A stretch of DNA of 64,000 bases from Candidatus Pacearchaeota archaeon (GTDB taxonomy: Archaea > Nanobdellota > Nanobdellia > Pacearchaeales > GW2011-AR1). This document shows positions 1 through 10,064 of this stretch, one piece after another. The translations under genes were made by a program, and so were the position numbers. How positions within the stretch are numbered: the stretch's first letter is position 1; the number at the start of each line of letters is the position of its first letter. The stretch covers positions 38,744 through 102,743 of the forward strand of contig JAFCGC010000001.1 of assembly GCA_017608305.1 (NCBI GenBank). The letters are read 5' to 3'. Below the pieces are notes generated by a model, which saw only the letters and a list, made by a program, of their open reading frames with translations, was not told the DNA's origin and made no database searches.

Positions 1-142
1 AGGGAATAAATCAAGATTTGTTAAAAAAAGGTCAAAAAATTTTAAACAAAGTTTATCCATCAAAGGCACAAAATTGGGAAGAGGCCAGCATAGACTATGC
101 AAATGCTTATATAGCATTTTTTCTTCAAAAAATCTAATCAAA

Positions 143-1165
143 ATGGAGATAGGTGAAGCGAGAAGAATAGCTACAAAAATTTATGTTGGGTTGGCTAGAG
201 TTCTAAAATTTCCTTCATTTATCCAGTTTGAACCTTCTAAAAAGTGTAATTTACAGTGTGAAATGTGTGAATATAATAAGATTTCAGGGGGCAAAGTTAT
301 GAATTTTAAGGAATTTAAACCTATTTTCAAAGACATAATCAAGGCCAATCCTTTATCAAAAATATTTCCAAAAATAATGTTGTTTGATATAACTGGAATA
401 GGGGAAGGATTAATGAATCCCGATTTTCTCAAAATTCTTAGATATATGAAATCAAAAGGAGTTACAATTACTTTCGCTACTAATGCTACCCTCTTAACAA
501 AATCAAATTCAAAGATGTTAATTGAGAATAATATTGACATTGTGTTTCTTTCTATTGATGGAGCAACAAAAAAAACCTATGAAAAAATAAGAAAAGGGGC
601 TAAATTTGATCATATTAAAAAAAAGATAAAAGAATTTAGTCTTTTAAAAAGACAATTGAAAAAAAATAAACCAAAATTAATGATTAGATTTTTAGCTTCT
701 AGTTTCAATATAGAAGAGATGCCCCTTATGGTTGATTTGGCTGAAGAGATTGGGGTCCAAGGCATAAGCATTACTAATATGAATACTGCTCCAGGAGAAG
801 AATATTTAAAAGCAGATAAAAAAAGATTTGATGAACTTGTAAATATTGTGAAAAAAAAGGCTAAAGAAAAAAATATCCAACTAGATGTAGGATTTACAAA
901 AAGGAGACCAATAACAGCCTGCAAAAGAGCCCTAAACTCTATGTATGTAAGTTGTGAAGGGTTTGTCTTACCTTGTTGTTTTATAAATCAGGGGGGAAGA
1001 TATGAAGAAATTACTAAAAAATACAATTTTGGTAATGTTAACAAGATAAATATAAAAGATATATGGAATTCTCAAAAATATAAAAAATTTAGAAATCAAA
1101 TAAGAAAGGGGATTGCCCCTCCGGTATGTCAAGGATGTTATTTATTTTATCCTATTAAAAAATGA
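143..1165 (+). CDS. Radical SAM/SPASM-domain protein
   Basis: CNLQCEMC (CxxxCxxC) and C-terminal C..G.VLPCC...CQGC. Start moved to ATG 143 because a TATA-like CTTATATA lies about 30 nt upstream. Confidence 0.85.
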   Translation: MEIGEARRIATKIYVGLARVLKFPSFIQFEPSKKCNLQCEMCEYNKISGGKVMNFKEFKPIFKDIIKANPLSKIFPKIMLFDITGIGEGLMNPDFLKILRYMKSKGVTITFATNATLLTKSNSKMLIENNIDIVFLSIDGATKKTYEKIRKGAKFDHIKKKIKEFSLLKRQLKKNKPKLMIRFLASSFNIEEMPLMVDLAEEIGVQGISITNMNTAPGEEYLKADKKRFDELVNIVKKKAKEKNIQLDVGFTKRRPITACKRALNSMYVSCEGFVLPCCFINQGGRYEEITKKYNFGNVNKINIKDIWNSQKYKKFRNQIRKGIAPPVCQGCYLFYPIKK

Positions 1166-2274
1166 AAACTGCTATAATCTGCATTGATGGGCTTGGAAAA
1201 GATTTAGTTACAAAAGAAAATACTCCTTTTTTGTATAAATTCGGGAAAGAGAATTATTTTTCTGAATTAAAAACCCTATTTGCGTTTACAGAGGAGTATA
1301 GTTTTTTTAGTGGACAAACCCCAAAACAACACGGGAAATGGTTTGAATTTGAAAAAACTAAAAAATCAATTTTTGGAAATATCTTTGTAAGGTTTTTCTC
1401 ATTTAATAAAAAGATAAGAGATTATGTTGGATCTTTAGTACAAATTTTGAAAAAAAGAACATGGCTAGCAAGAACATATAATATTCCTTCAAGTAAATTA
1501 AAATTTTTTGATTCAATAATCAAGGAAGGGTTATGGAATCTAGATTTTCTTAAGGATAAAAAAGTTGCCATGTATAAATGGCCCTTTATGATAAGTAAAA
1601 ATAAAGAAAATATCAAAAAAAAATTAATATTAAAATATGAAAATGATTCAGAAAGATTAAATAGGCTCTTTAGTATAAAAAACAAAGAGATTTATTATAC
1701 TCAATTAATGGAAATAGATAAAAATCTTCATAAATTTGGAAAAAAGAGTGAACAAGCAAAAAAATCTTTAAGAAAAATTGATAATTTAATAAAAAAATAT
1801 GTAGATAATTTTGAAAAAGAATGTGGATGGAATATTATTATTTGGTCGGATCATGGATTTGCAGACATACATAAATATATTGATATTGAAAAAATTCTTC
1901 CTAAAAGAAAAAATTATCTTTATTTTATTGCTGGAACAACAGTTCATTTTTGGTTTAAAGATAAAAAAACCAAAGAAGAAATTCTTTCCCAGATTTCGAG
2001 AAAAAAAGAGATTAAAATTTTAACAAAAAACCTGGCAGATAAATATAAAATTCCTTTTTCATCTAATTTTGGGGAAGTTATTTTGTATGTGGAAAAGGGT
2101 TCTTATTTTTTTCCAAATTTTTATCAGAAAGAAGAAAATGAAAAATTCCTAGGAATGCATGGATATCCCGACGACAAAGAATTAAATGGTATTTTTATTA
2201 CAAATATTGAAAAATTTAAGAAAAATAAAGTAAATAAAAGTTTAAAAATTGAAGAAGTAATCAAGAGAATATAA
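1162..2274 (+). CDS. Alkaline phosphatase superfamily (type I phosphodiesterase/NPP-like) protein
   Basis: IDGL, DxxxHxxG, SDHG and GMHGY metal-binding motifs. Confidence 0.75.
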   Translation: MKTAIICIDGLGKDLVTKENTPFLYKFGKENYFSELKTLFAFTEEYSFFSGQTPKQHGKWFEFEKTKKSIFGNIFVRFFSFNKKIRDYVGSLVQILKKRTWLARTYNIPSSKLKFFDSIIKEGLWNLDFLKDKKVAMYKWPFMISKNKENIKKKLILKYENDSERLNRLFSIKNKEIYYTQLMEIDKNLHKFGKKSEQAKKSLRKIDNLIKKYVDNFEKECGWNIIIWSDHGFADIHKYIDIEKILPKRKNYLYFIAGTTVHFWFKDKKTKEEILSQISRKKEIKILTKNLADKYKIPFSSNFGEVILYVEKGSYFFPNFYQKEENEKFLGMHGYPDDKELNGIFITNIEKFKKNKVNKSLKIEEVIKRI

Positions 2275-2275
2275 A

Positions 2276-3517
2276 ATGGAAACAATAAAATATGATTTTG
2301 AGAAAGATAATTTAACTTTATATAAGCCCAAGAAAATGGAGGAAGTAGAAAAATGTATTGAAGAAATAATGGAAAGGAATAAGAAAACTCTTCCAAAAAA
2401 CAAAAAAGCTAAAATTCTAATTAAACCTAATTTCAATAATGATTTAAATGGCCTAACAGGAAATTCTAGTGATTTAAGAATTATAATTTCTGTAATAAAA
2501 TCTTTAAAAAAAAGAAAATATCAAAATCTAACTCTAGCCGATGGACCAAATTGTGGAGTTAATCATATTGGGATAGATGTGTTTTCTAGGTTATGTTTAA
2601 AAGAAATAGCAAAAAAATTCAAGATAAAATTAATTAATTTAAATAAGAGTGAAGGAAAAGAAATCCGCCTTACAACAAGTAAAAGTATTATTTCTAAATT
2701 ATGTTTAGAAGCAGATTTTATAATAAATATTCCTAAGATAAAAACCCATATGGAAGCAGGAATTACTGTATCTTGTAAGAATTATATAGGTTGTTTTCTC
2801 GGGACCGATAAAAGAAGGATGCATGATAATCTTGCTGCTAATATTATTAAATTAAATGAAATTATAAAAACAGATTTAATCATTGTAGATGGGCTAATTT
2901 GCATGGAAGGAAATGGCCCTGGAGATGGTATTTCTAAAAAAGTAGGTATTATTCTAGAAGGGCATAATCCCTATACTTTAGATTTCTTATGTAGTAAATT
3001 AATGGGGCTAAATTACAAAAAAATTGAATTTCTAAAATTAGCCATAAAGAAAGGATATATTTCTAACAAAGATGAAGAAAAACTAAAGAAAATAGCTCCT
3101 ATTGCAAAATTTCTTCCTGCAAAAAAAACAGTTTTTGGAAAAATATTTTTAAATAATTTTTTTATAGGAATAAGATTTCTAAAACCTCTTCAAAAAATCT
3201 TTGATAAAGGTTTTGTTCCTTGGTTTTTATTTAAATTAGGAATTAGACAAGATATCTATGTCCATGAAGAAAAAAACATAAAAAGATTATATGAAAAACC
3301 TAATTTAAACTCAAAAGAAAAGGGAGAAATAAAAAAATGCCTTGAAATTTATTGTCCTGTTAAATTAAAAAATCCAGATGACAAAAAATGTATTCAATGC
3401 ATGTATTGTTATCAGATTCTTCCTGAACTCATAAAATATGAAGGTTCACTAGGAGCATTTAAAATGCAAATAGATAGATTTGGAAAATATCTTAGGGGAA
3501 AATGGAAGACGAATTAA
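2276..3517 (+). CDS. DUF362-domain protein with C-terminal Cys cluster
   Basis: ILIKPN, PKIKTH, KNxxG, DGxxxMEGNGP motifs; C-terminal CxxCxxC. Confidence 0.75.
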   Translation: METIKYDFEKDNLTLYKPKKMEEVEKCIEEIMERNKKTLPKNKKAKILIKPNFNNDLNGLTGNSSDLRIIISVIKSLKKRKYQNLTLADGPNCGVNHIGIDVFSRLCLKEIAKKFKIKLINLNKSEGKEIRLTTSKSIISKLCLEADFIINIPKIKTHMEAGITVSCKNYIGCFLGTDKRRMHDNLAANIIKLNEIIKTDLIIVDGLICMEGNGPGDGISKKVGIILEGHNPYTLDFLCSKLMGLNYKKIEFLKLAIKKGYISNKDEEKLKKIAPIAKFLPAKKTVFGKIFLNNFFIGIRFLKPLQKIFDKGFVPWFLFKLGIRQDIYVHEEKNIKRLYEKPNLNSKEKGEIKKCLEIYCPVKLKNPDDKKCIQCMYCYQILPELIKYEGSLGAFKMQIDRFGKYLRGKWKTN

Positions 3518-4035
3518 ATGCTACTTATTTCAATAAAAATCCCTTAGTAAGGGTATTTTTTAAGGCAAAAACAAATTTGGCTATTAGAATGCTAAATTTA
3601 AAAAAAAAGGATTCTATACTTGATTTTGGGTGTGGGGCTGGCTGGTTGAAGAATAAATTAAAGAAACAAGGATATAATGTGGTTGGATTTGATGTCACTC
3701 CAGAACATACAGATATAAAAGATTATAAAAAAGTAAAGGCCAATAAAATATTTGCATTAGATGTATTTGAACATATTTCAAAGGATAAAATAAAAGAAAT
3801 AATTAAAAATTTCAAAAAAAATCCTGTATTTGATCTTGTTGTGGCCATACCCACAGAAAATTTAATTTCAAGAAAGATAAGAAGACTTTGTGGGAAAAAA
3901 GAAAAAGTTCCAGATCACATAACTTCTCTAAAAGAAATAAAGGAAATTTTGAAAAAAGAAAAACTATGTCTTGTAAAAAAAATTAATTATTTTACTATAA
4001 GTCATCTGTTTTTATTCAGGAAGCCTTGTAATTGA
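3502..4035 (+). CDS. Class I SAM-dependent methyltransferase
   Basis: ILDFGCGAG and DVFEH motifs. Confidence 0.8.
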   Translation: MEDELNATYFNKNPLVRVFFKAKTNLAIRMLNLKKKDSILDFGCGAGWLKNKLKKQGYNVVGFDVTPEHTDIKDYKKVKANKIFALDVFEHISKDKIKEIIKNFKKNPVFDLVVAIPTENLISRKIRRLCGKKEKVPDHITSLKEIKEILKKEKLCLVKKINYFTISHLFLFRKPCN

Positions 4036-5656
4036 ATTCGTATATTATTAAAACAGGTTGTTCTCCTTGATAAAAAGCTTGAACAGGGGTTACTCTATCT
4101 GGATATTCTTGAGGATAATTTGGGGCCCAAGTATATCGGGAATTTGCTGCTTGTTCATACATTGAAAGTACAAGATATTTGGGTTTTTCTCTTTCAATAA
4201 ATTCATAAAAACCCGTAGCATTTTGAGGTTCCATTCCTCTCCTAGGAGCAAGATAAAAATTATAGGTGGGTCTTTCTGAATAATAGGTATTTTGGGGAGT
4301 AGATGCAGTAATTATAATATCATCAGGCTCGGAATTTGCTTTTATCCATTCTCCTGCTTGTTTGACTTCTAAAAAAGAAGGTTTTTTTGACTCAACTAAG
4401 TCATTTCCAAATTTCATATTTGGAGTGAGTAATAATAAAAGAGCGAGAAAAATAACTAAAAATGTGGCTTTTTTCCTTATTTTAAAACTTCTATGGATAT
4501 AATTAGCAAGTTTGGGAAGAGGGAAAATAGCAATTAAGAATAAAAAAGGAAGAGTTTGCATCATATACCTTTGTTCTAAATGAGGAGCAATACGTCCTAA
4601 GATTAAAAAACAAGAAACAATCCAAGTGAATATAAACAATCTTTTTTGAATTTTTTTATTTGAAAAAATCTTATCAAATCCTAAAACCAAATCTCCAAAA
4701 AAATAAATAACTCCTATGAGGAAAAGTATATAGATTGGACTAAATACAAACAAAGAACTATATCCTTTGGAATTTCCATCTAAAATATAAGGCAAATTTG
4801 TAAAATACACAAGAAGTTTTGAACTATCTCCAACCCCTCCTACTTCCCCTGTCTCTGAAATTCCTTCAACCCCAAAATAATAATTTAAAACATCTGAAAC
4901 CGGATTTCCAAAATGTGTTGTGTGCATAACCATTTGGGGGACAAAAATCAGGGCAAAAATACCTACTGCACCCCAAAGTTTTTTATTTTTTAGAAATTTG
5001 AATTTCTCTTTCATGAAAACCATTGTTAAAAAAGGGATAGCAAACATAGAATACTGCATTCTTGTTAAACAAGTTAAAGCAAAAAATAGGCCAAAAAGAT
5101 AAATAAATTTATTACCTTCTTTTAAAACATAACCTTTCCAAAAAAATAGAGTTGCCGTCAGTAGAAAAAAAGTTGCAGGGATATTTGTTAAGGGTCTTCC
5201 ACTGAAAAAGATATATATCCAAGAAGAAGCTAAAGCAAGTGAAGTGAGTAAGGCTAATTTGCTGTTAAACATCTTTTTTATTAAAAGATAAGAAACAAAA
5301 ATTATCCCTGTTGAAAATAAAACTATAAAAAATCTCAGGGTTATTTCTCCTAAACCTAGCTTGAATAAAATCGCACCAAATAAAGCCCAGAAAAAACCTC
5401 TCCGATAATACCACATATCAATAAGATTAGAGTTCACTCCTGCCCATTTTTTTGCTGTAGCAAGATAGTCTGCAGCATCCCACCATATTGCTTGGTCTTT
5501 TGTTTTAAGAAACATCCAAAATCTTGCTATAAAAGCTAAAATCAAAATTGCCAAGAAAGCTTTATCATAATTATTTTCTACCCAGCCAAATAATCTTTTT
5601 TTCCATTTGTTCTTTGTTTTTTCAATTGTTTCTTCTCTTCTTTCAGAGTCTGTCAT
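4016..5656 (-). CDS. GT-C fold integral membrane glycosyltransferase (PMT/ArnT-like)
   Basis: N-terminal TM then WWDAADY loop, many TM helices, EQRY motif, soluble C-terminal domain. Confidence 0.75.
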   Translation of the reverse strand: MTDSERREETIEKTKNKWKKRLFGWVENNYDKAFLAILILAFIARFWMFLKTKDQAIWWDAADYLATAKKWAGVNSNLIDMWYYRRGFFWALFGAILFKLGLGEITLRFFIVLFSTGIIFVSYLLIKKMFNSKLALLTSLALASSWIYIFFSGRPLTNIPATFFLLTATLFFWKGYVLKEGNKFIYLFGLFFALTCLTRMQYSMFAIPFLTMVFMKEKFKFLKNKKLWGAVGIFALIFVPQMVMHTTHFGNPVSDVLNYYFGVEGISETGEVGGVGDSSKLLVYFTNLPYILDGNSKGYSSLFVFSPIYILFLIGVIYFFGDLVLGFDKIFSNKKIQKRLFIFTWIVSCFLILGRIAPHLEQRYMMQTLPFLFLIAIFPLPKLANYIHRSFKIRKKATFLVIFLALLLLLTPNMKFGNDLVESKKPSFLEVKQAGEWIKANSEPDDIIITASTPQNTYYSERPTYNFYLAPRRGMEPQNATGFYEFIEREKPKYLVLSMYEQAANSRYTWAPNYPQEYPDRVTPVQAFYQGEQPVLIIYEFNYKAS

Positions 5657-5680
5657 TATACTACCATAAAATACTAGTTT

Positions 5681-7075
5681 TTATTTGTTATTATTCAAAT
5701 AGGCTATTGAAGCTTCTTTATCTAAACCCTCTATAATGTCCATTTTTTCAAATTCACTCAAATCAACCCACTTAAAATCTTCTATATCTTGGGTTTTTGA
5801 AGCATAATTATTTTTAGTCTTTACGAGATAACATTCCCCGTTAGTTTTTGATCCATCTTCTCTAGGATATTCATATTCTGAAATCTTGATAATTATTTTT
5901 TCAATCTCTAAATTCGTTTCTTCTTTTATTTCTCTACTTAAAGCTTGTTCTATAGATTCTCCTTCTTTAACAACCCCTCCTGGAAAAGCCCATTTATTTG
6001 CATGTATTTCTCCTTTTTTTCTTTTTATAATTAAAAATTTGTTATTTTCTTTATCTAAAATTATTGCATTAACAGCTTTAACTGGAGCTTTTTCATTTAA
6101 ACTCCCAATAACTTCTTGAACAGAAATACTATTCACAAGCTCTTCATCATAAAGATCCATTTTTTCTGGAAAAAAGCTCTCTAATAAAGGAGAAGTGATT
6201 TTAGTAAGAAGGCCATACCCTTCTACCTCATGGGGGGTGGTGCAAAAAAACAAAGCTATTGTTGGTTTTTTTAAGGCAAGAGAAACATGTAATGCAAAAC
6301 TATCTAAACACACTACCTTATCACAAACACTTATTAAAGAAGCAAATTCTCCATTTGTATTTAAGGGGTTATTTCTGATAATTTCTATTCCTTTTTCCTT
6401 TAATTCTTCATATAGTCTAGAATGGTCTTCTGTTTCATTAGGACCTCCGAAAAATAAAATGCTGTGTCCTAGGTTTGCTGCTTTTTCTATAAACTCTTTT
6501 ATTTTTTCCTTAGACCATTTTTTAGAAGGCCACCTAGGAGAAGCACCTATATGGATTCCTAAGATTTTTTTAGAAATTAATGAATTGTCTTCAATAAATT
6601 TTTTAGCATAATTCTGATCTTTTTCTGTTAAAAGAATTTCTGGGAGGTTTTTCTTATGAGGTAATTTGGCTGCTTCAAACATCATTTCTTGATAGGTTTT
6701 TCTATTAGCTTTTTTCAATTCGTCGTCGAATAAAGTATTAAGATAATATTCTGCTTCAAGATTAAATGCTGCTGGAAAGCCTTGTTCAGAATAAAAACCA
6801 CATTTTTCTTTGGCTTCAATTTCTATGGCTATTTTAGTCGCTTCATCTTCTATGTCAAAGTTATATAAAATATCAACAGGTTCTTTAGGATAACTATCTA
6901 AATTAAAGATTTTATTAATTAAGGGGTTATTTTCAATAAGGTCACTAATATTGGATTTAGTTATCCAACTTATTTCTGAAACAGGAAATTTTTCTTTAAT
7001 TGCCTTGAGTAAGGGAAGTGTCCTAATTACGTCCCCTTTCGCTCCTAATTTGATAATTAATATTTTTTTCATCAT
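5681..7075 (-). CDS. GT9 (heptosyltransferase-like) glycosyltransferase fused to a C-terminal NUDIX hydrolase
   Basis: KILIIKLGAKGDV, K.W and DS..LH GT9 motifs; NUDIX box GGVVKEGESIEQALSREIKEETNL. Confidence 0.85.
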   Translation of the reverse strand: MMKKILIIKLGAKGDVIRTLPLLKAIKEKFPVSEISWITKSNISDLIENNPLINKIFNLDSYPKEPVDILYNFDIEDEATKIAIEIEAKEKCGFYSEQGFPAAFNLEAEYYLNTLFDDELKKANRKTYQEMMFEAAKLPHKKNLPEILLTEKDQNYAKKFIEDNSLISKKILGIHIGASPRWPSKKWSKEKIKEFIEKAANLGHSILFFGGPNETEDHSRLYEELKEKGIEIIRNNPLNTNGEFASLISVCDKVVCLDSFALHVSLALKKPTIALFFCTTPHEVEGYGLLTKITSPLLESFFPEKMDLYDEELVNSISVQEVIGSLNEKAPVKAVNAIILDKENNKFLIIKRKKGEIHANKWAFPGGVVKEGESIEQALSREIKEETNLEIEKIIIKISEYEYPREDGSKTNGECYLVKTKNNYASKTQDIEDFKWVDLSEFEKMDIIEGLDKEASIAYLNNNK

Positions 7076-7111
7076 AGTTAAATTTAAAACTAAAGTGCAT
7101 TTTTAAGGATT

Positions 7112-7534
7112 ATGAAGAAAAAATCTAAGAAAATATATCTTGCGGGAAAATTAGAAACAAAAAATGAAAGAGAACAATTAGAAGAAATCGATAAAATCTG
7201 TAAATTGTTAGGATTTGAAACTTTTCTTCCCCATAGAGAAATAGGAATTTGTAAGGGAATAGATGATGTAAAAAGAGTCTTTGAGGGAGATATAATCAAA
7301 GGTATGAAAAAGGTTGATTTAGTAATAGCTATTTTAGATGGTTTACATGTTGGTGCTGGAACTGCTTGGGAGTTAGGTTATGCTTATGCAAAAAAAATTC
7401 CCACAGTGGGATTAAAAACAGATGAGCCTGTAGAAGAAGCTATAGAATATTTAAGTTCAATTTTAATTGGATCTATGCCTATTGTTAAAAGTGTAGAAGA
7501 ATTAAAAGAATTTTTAATCAAAAGGCTTAGTTGA
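7112..7534 (+). CDS. Nucleoside 2-deoxyribosyltransferase family protein
   Basis: IYLAG, FLPH and GTAWELGYAYA motifs. Confidence 0.85.
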   Translation: MKKKSKKIYLAGKLETKNEREQLEEIDKICKLLGFETFLPHREIGICKGIDDVKRVFEGDIIKGMKKVDLVIAILDGLHVGAGTAWELGYAYAKKIPTVGLKTDEPVEEAIEYLSSILIGSMPIVKSVEELKEFLIKRLS

Positions 7535-8422
7535 GTTAATTTCTGTTTCTCTCCATCCATCAGAATACTTCTGTTTAGATCTTATTTGCTTTAAAGCCTG
7601 AATATAAAGATATAATCTAGCAAAATAAAGTTGAAAGGCCCACCAAAACTCGTTTATTGTTTTGGGGTGTTTTAAAATAAAAAATACTCCTTCCTTAATT
7701 TCATTGAAAAAAGATTTTGTCCTTGGCATATTAGGTGCTATTTTATTAAGATTTTCATGAGCTTTAATATTTCTTATTTTTTGATTGATCCAATCTTTCC
7801 AACCAGTTGGATTTTTTACATAAACTTCTGCTCTTTCTACATAATTTGTTCTATATCCTTTTTTCCAAAATAAATAAGGAATAATAGCATCCTCTGAAGT
7901 TTCTAAAGGAAATTCTTGAATAATTCCATTTCTAATTGCAAAAAGATAACCAGAACATTCAAAAAATTTCTTGTTTTTTGATAATTTCTTTCTTGTTTTG
8001 TGTATTCCTGAAAAAAGAAAATGAGACCAATATCCATATTTTGTATTTCTGGCATCAATTGAAATAGGCCTCCCTGTAATACAGCCTATTTTTGGATCTT
8101 CAAATTCCTCTATTATTTCCCTTATTGTGTTTTCTGAAACATAAACATCTCCGTCTGTTAAAATAAAAATATCTTTTTTATTATCTGAAAAGTTTTCTTG
8201 AAAGAGAATATTTAAGGCATAACTTTTTCCTTCTCCAGGATCTAAAAAGAATTCTACTCTTTTGTCATTAATTTCTCTTTGTAAAAATTCTCCAACTTCT
8301 GGAAAAGGATCAACCACTATTATCTTGAATTTTTGTTTTATTTTTTGGTTTAAAAAAACCTTTACGGCTCTTATAGTGGCTTTTGGTTCATTGTAAGAAG
8401 TTATTATTATAGTTATCATCAT
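7514..8422 (-). CDS. GT2 family glycosyltransferase
   Basis: IIITSYNE, GKSYALN, DGD, ED motifs. Confidence 0.8.
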   Translation of the reverse strand: MMITIIITSYNEPKATIRAVKVFLNQKIKQKFKIIVVDPFPEVGEFLQREINDKRVEFFLDPGEGKSYALNILFQENFSDNKKDIFILTDGDVYVSENTIREIIEEFEDPKIGCITGRPISIDARNTKYGYWSHFLFSGIHKTRKKLSKNKKFFECSGYLFAIRNGIIQEFPLETSEDAIIPYLFWKKGYRTNYVERAEVYVKNPTGWKDWINQKIRNIKAHENLNKIAPNMPRTKSFFNEIKEGVFFILKHPKTINEFWWAFQLYFARLYLYIQALKQIRSKQKYSDGWRETEINSTKPFD

Positions 8423-8431
8423 TAAAAAATT

Positions 8432-8626
8432 TTAAACAAGATCTATGGGGTAGTCTTCAGGCCGAATAAGAATTATCTTTTCATTTAAAGGAGTTATTAC
8501 TGAAATTCTTACCTTGCTTTTTCCATGTTTTCCAATATTGGATATCTCTACATCTTCAACACCACATTCATTACCTGCAATTTTTATTTTATCTCCTTTT
8601 TTTATGTCTTTAGCTTGTTTTTTCAT
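8432..8626 (-). CDS. aIF5A-like protein, N-terminal domain only (64 aa)
   Basis: SNIGKHGKSKVRI resembles the hypusination loop S-x-x-GKHG-x-x-K; KOW/SH3-like start; no C-terminal OB domain. Confidence 0.65.
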   Translation of the reverse strand: MKKQAKDIKKGDKIKIAGNECGVEDVEISNIGKHGKSKVRISVITPLNEKIILIRPEDYPIDLV

Positions 8627-8657
8627 GGCAGAATAGTGTAAAGAGGCCTTATAAATT

Positions 8658-9320
8658 TTATTTAGAATAAAAATATCTTACAAAGTATATAAAAGGGGTA
8701 TCTAAAACAGCTACCAACAACTTTGCTATAAATAATCCAATCATTATTGGTAAAATAGGAAACAGGCCATAAAAGGCTATTACAACAAAAATAACAGTGT
8801 CAATTGCTTGACTTATGGTTGTTGAAAGATTATTTCTAAACCATAAATGTTTTGATTTTGTTTTTTTCTTCCAAAATGCAAAAGACCATATATCATGAGT
8901 TTGGCTAGATATATATGCTACTACAGAAGCCAAGACAATTCTCCAAGTATTTCCGAGAACTAAAGAAAACTGTTCTTGATAGCCCCAAAAACTGGCTCCT
9001 TGCCATTCAATAGCAATAAAAATTACTGCTAAAGAAAGTATGCTTGCAAAAAATCCACTCCAAACAGCTTTTTTGGCTATTTTTTTTCCATAAAATTCAA
9101 CTAAAATATCTGTTAATAAAAAGCTAGCAGAATAGGCAATTATTCCGGCAGGTATTGCAAAACTCCAAAAAGACACTAATTTATTAGCCACAACATTAGA
9201 AATTACAATCAACCCCACAAAAGCTCCAATTATTAATTCAACTCCTTGTTTTTTAGCAAGAATAGCGATTAGACTAACAAAAAATAAAAGTGCTAAAATA
9301 TAAATTAAGAGATCTAACAT
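8658..9320 (-). CDS. yhhQ: Queuosine/preQ0 precursor transporter (YhhQ/VUT family)
   Basis: SNxxANK, FLLTDILVEFYG, RIVLAS, LWFRNNLST.ISQ.ID.. motifs. Confidence 0.85.
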   Translation of the reverse strand: MLDLLIYILALLFFVSLIAILAKKQGVELIIGAFVGLIVISNVVANKLVSFWSFAIPAGIIAYSASFLLTDILVEFYGKKIAKKAVWSGFFASILSLAVIFIAIEWQGASFWGYQEQFSLVLGNTWRIVLASVVAYISSQTHDIWSFAFWKKKTKSKHLWFRNNLSTTISQAIDTVIFVVIAFYGLFPILPIMIGLFIAKLLVAVLDTPFIYFVRYFYSK

Positions 9321-9361
9321 TTCTGCATAAAATTTATATAGCTTAAAAAGATTGCGGAACT

Positions 9362-10063
9362 ATGGTAAATGCTATTGTGTTATGTTCGGGGGGAATTGAT
9401 AGTGTTACAACCGCGTATTATGTTAAAAAAAAGTTAAACTATGAAAAAATAATTTTTTTGTTTTTTGATTATGGGCAAAAAACAGTTCAAGAAGAAAAAA
9501 GAGCTTCAATAATTAGTGCAAAAAAACTAGGTGCAAAATTTATAGAGATTAAATTAGGGTGGTTAGGAAAAATTTCTAATTCCTTAATAAACAAGGAAGG
9601 AGAAATTAAAAAATTAAAAAGAGAGGAACTAAAAGATACTGCAGAAGAATCTAAAAACTGGTATGTTCCTTGTAGAAATACTGTTTTCTTAACTTCTGCT
9701 TTAGGTTTAGCAGAAGCTTTTTTTATAAAAAATAAAGAAATTTATGATCTTTTTGTTGGTTTTAAAAATGAAGGTAAAGAAGGTTATCCAGATACCACTC
9801 CAGAATTTGTCAAAGAAATGAATAAATTATCAAAAGTTTCTTGTGCAAGGGCCTTCAAAATTAAAGCTCCTCTAATAAAAAAAGATAAAGAAGAGATAAT
9901 AAAATTAGGAACTAAACTTGGAGTAGATTATAAAGATAGTTTTAGTTGTTATGTTGGGAAAAAGATTCATTGTGGATCTTGTTTAGCGTGTAAATTAAGG
10001 CAAGAAGGATTTTATTGGGCGGGATTAAAAGATCCAACTTCTTATCAAATAAAAGATAATTAA
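9362..10063 (+). CDS. queC: 7-cyano-7-deazaguanine synthase
   Basis: SGGIDS, FDYGQ, VPCRN, GYPD, SCY...HCGSCLAC. Confidence 0.92.
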   Translation: MVNAIVLCSGGIDSVTTAYYVKKKLNYEKIIFLFFDYGQKTVQEEKRASIISAKKLGAKFIEIKLGWLGKISNSLINKEGEIKKLKREELKDTAEESKNWYVPCRNTVFLTSALGLAEAFFIKNKEIYDLFVGFKNEGKEGYPDTTPEFVKEMNKLSKVSCARAFKIKAPLIKKDKEEIIKLGTKLGVDYKDSFSCYVGKKIHCGSCLACKLRQEGFYWAGLKDPTSYQIKDN

Positions 10064-10064
10064 C

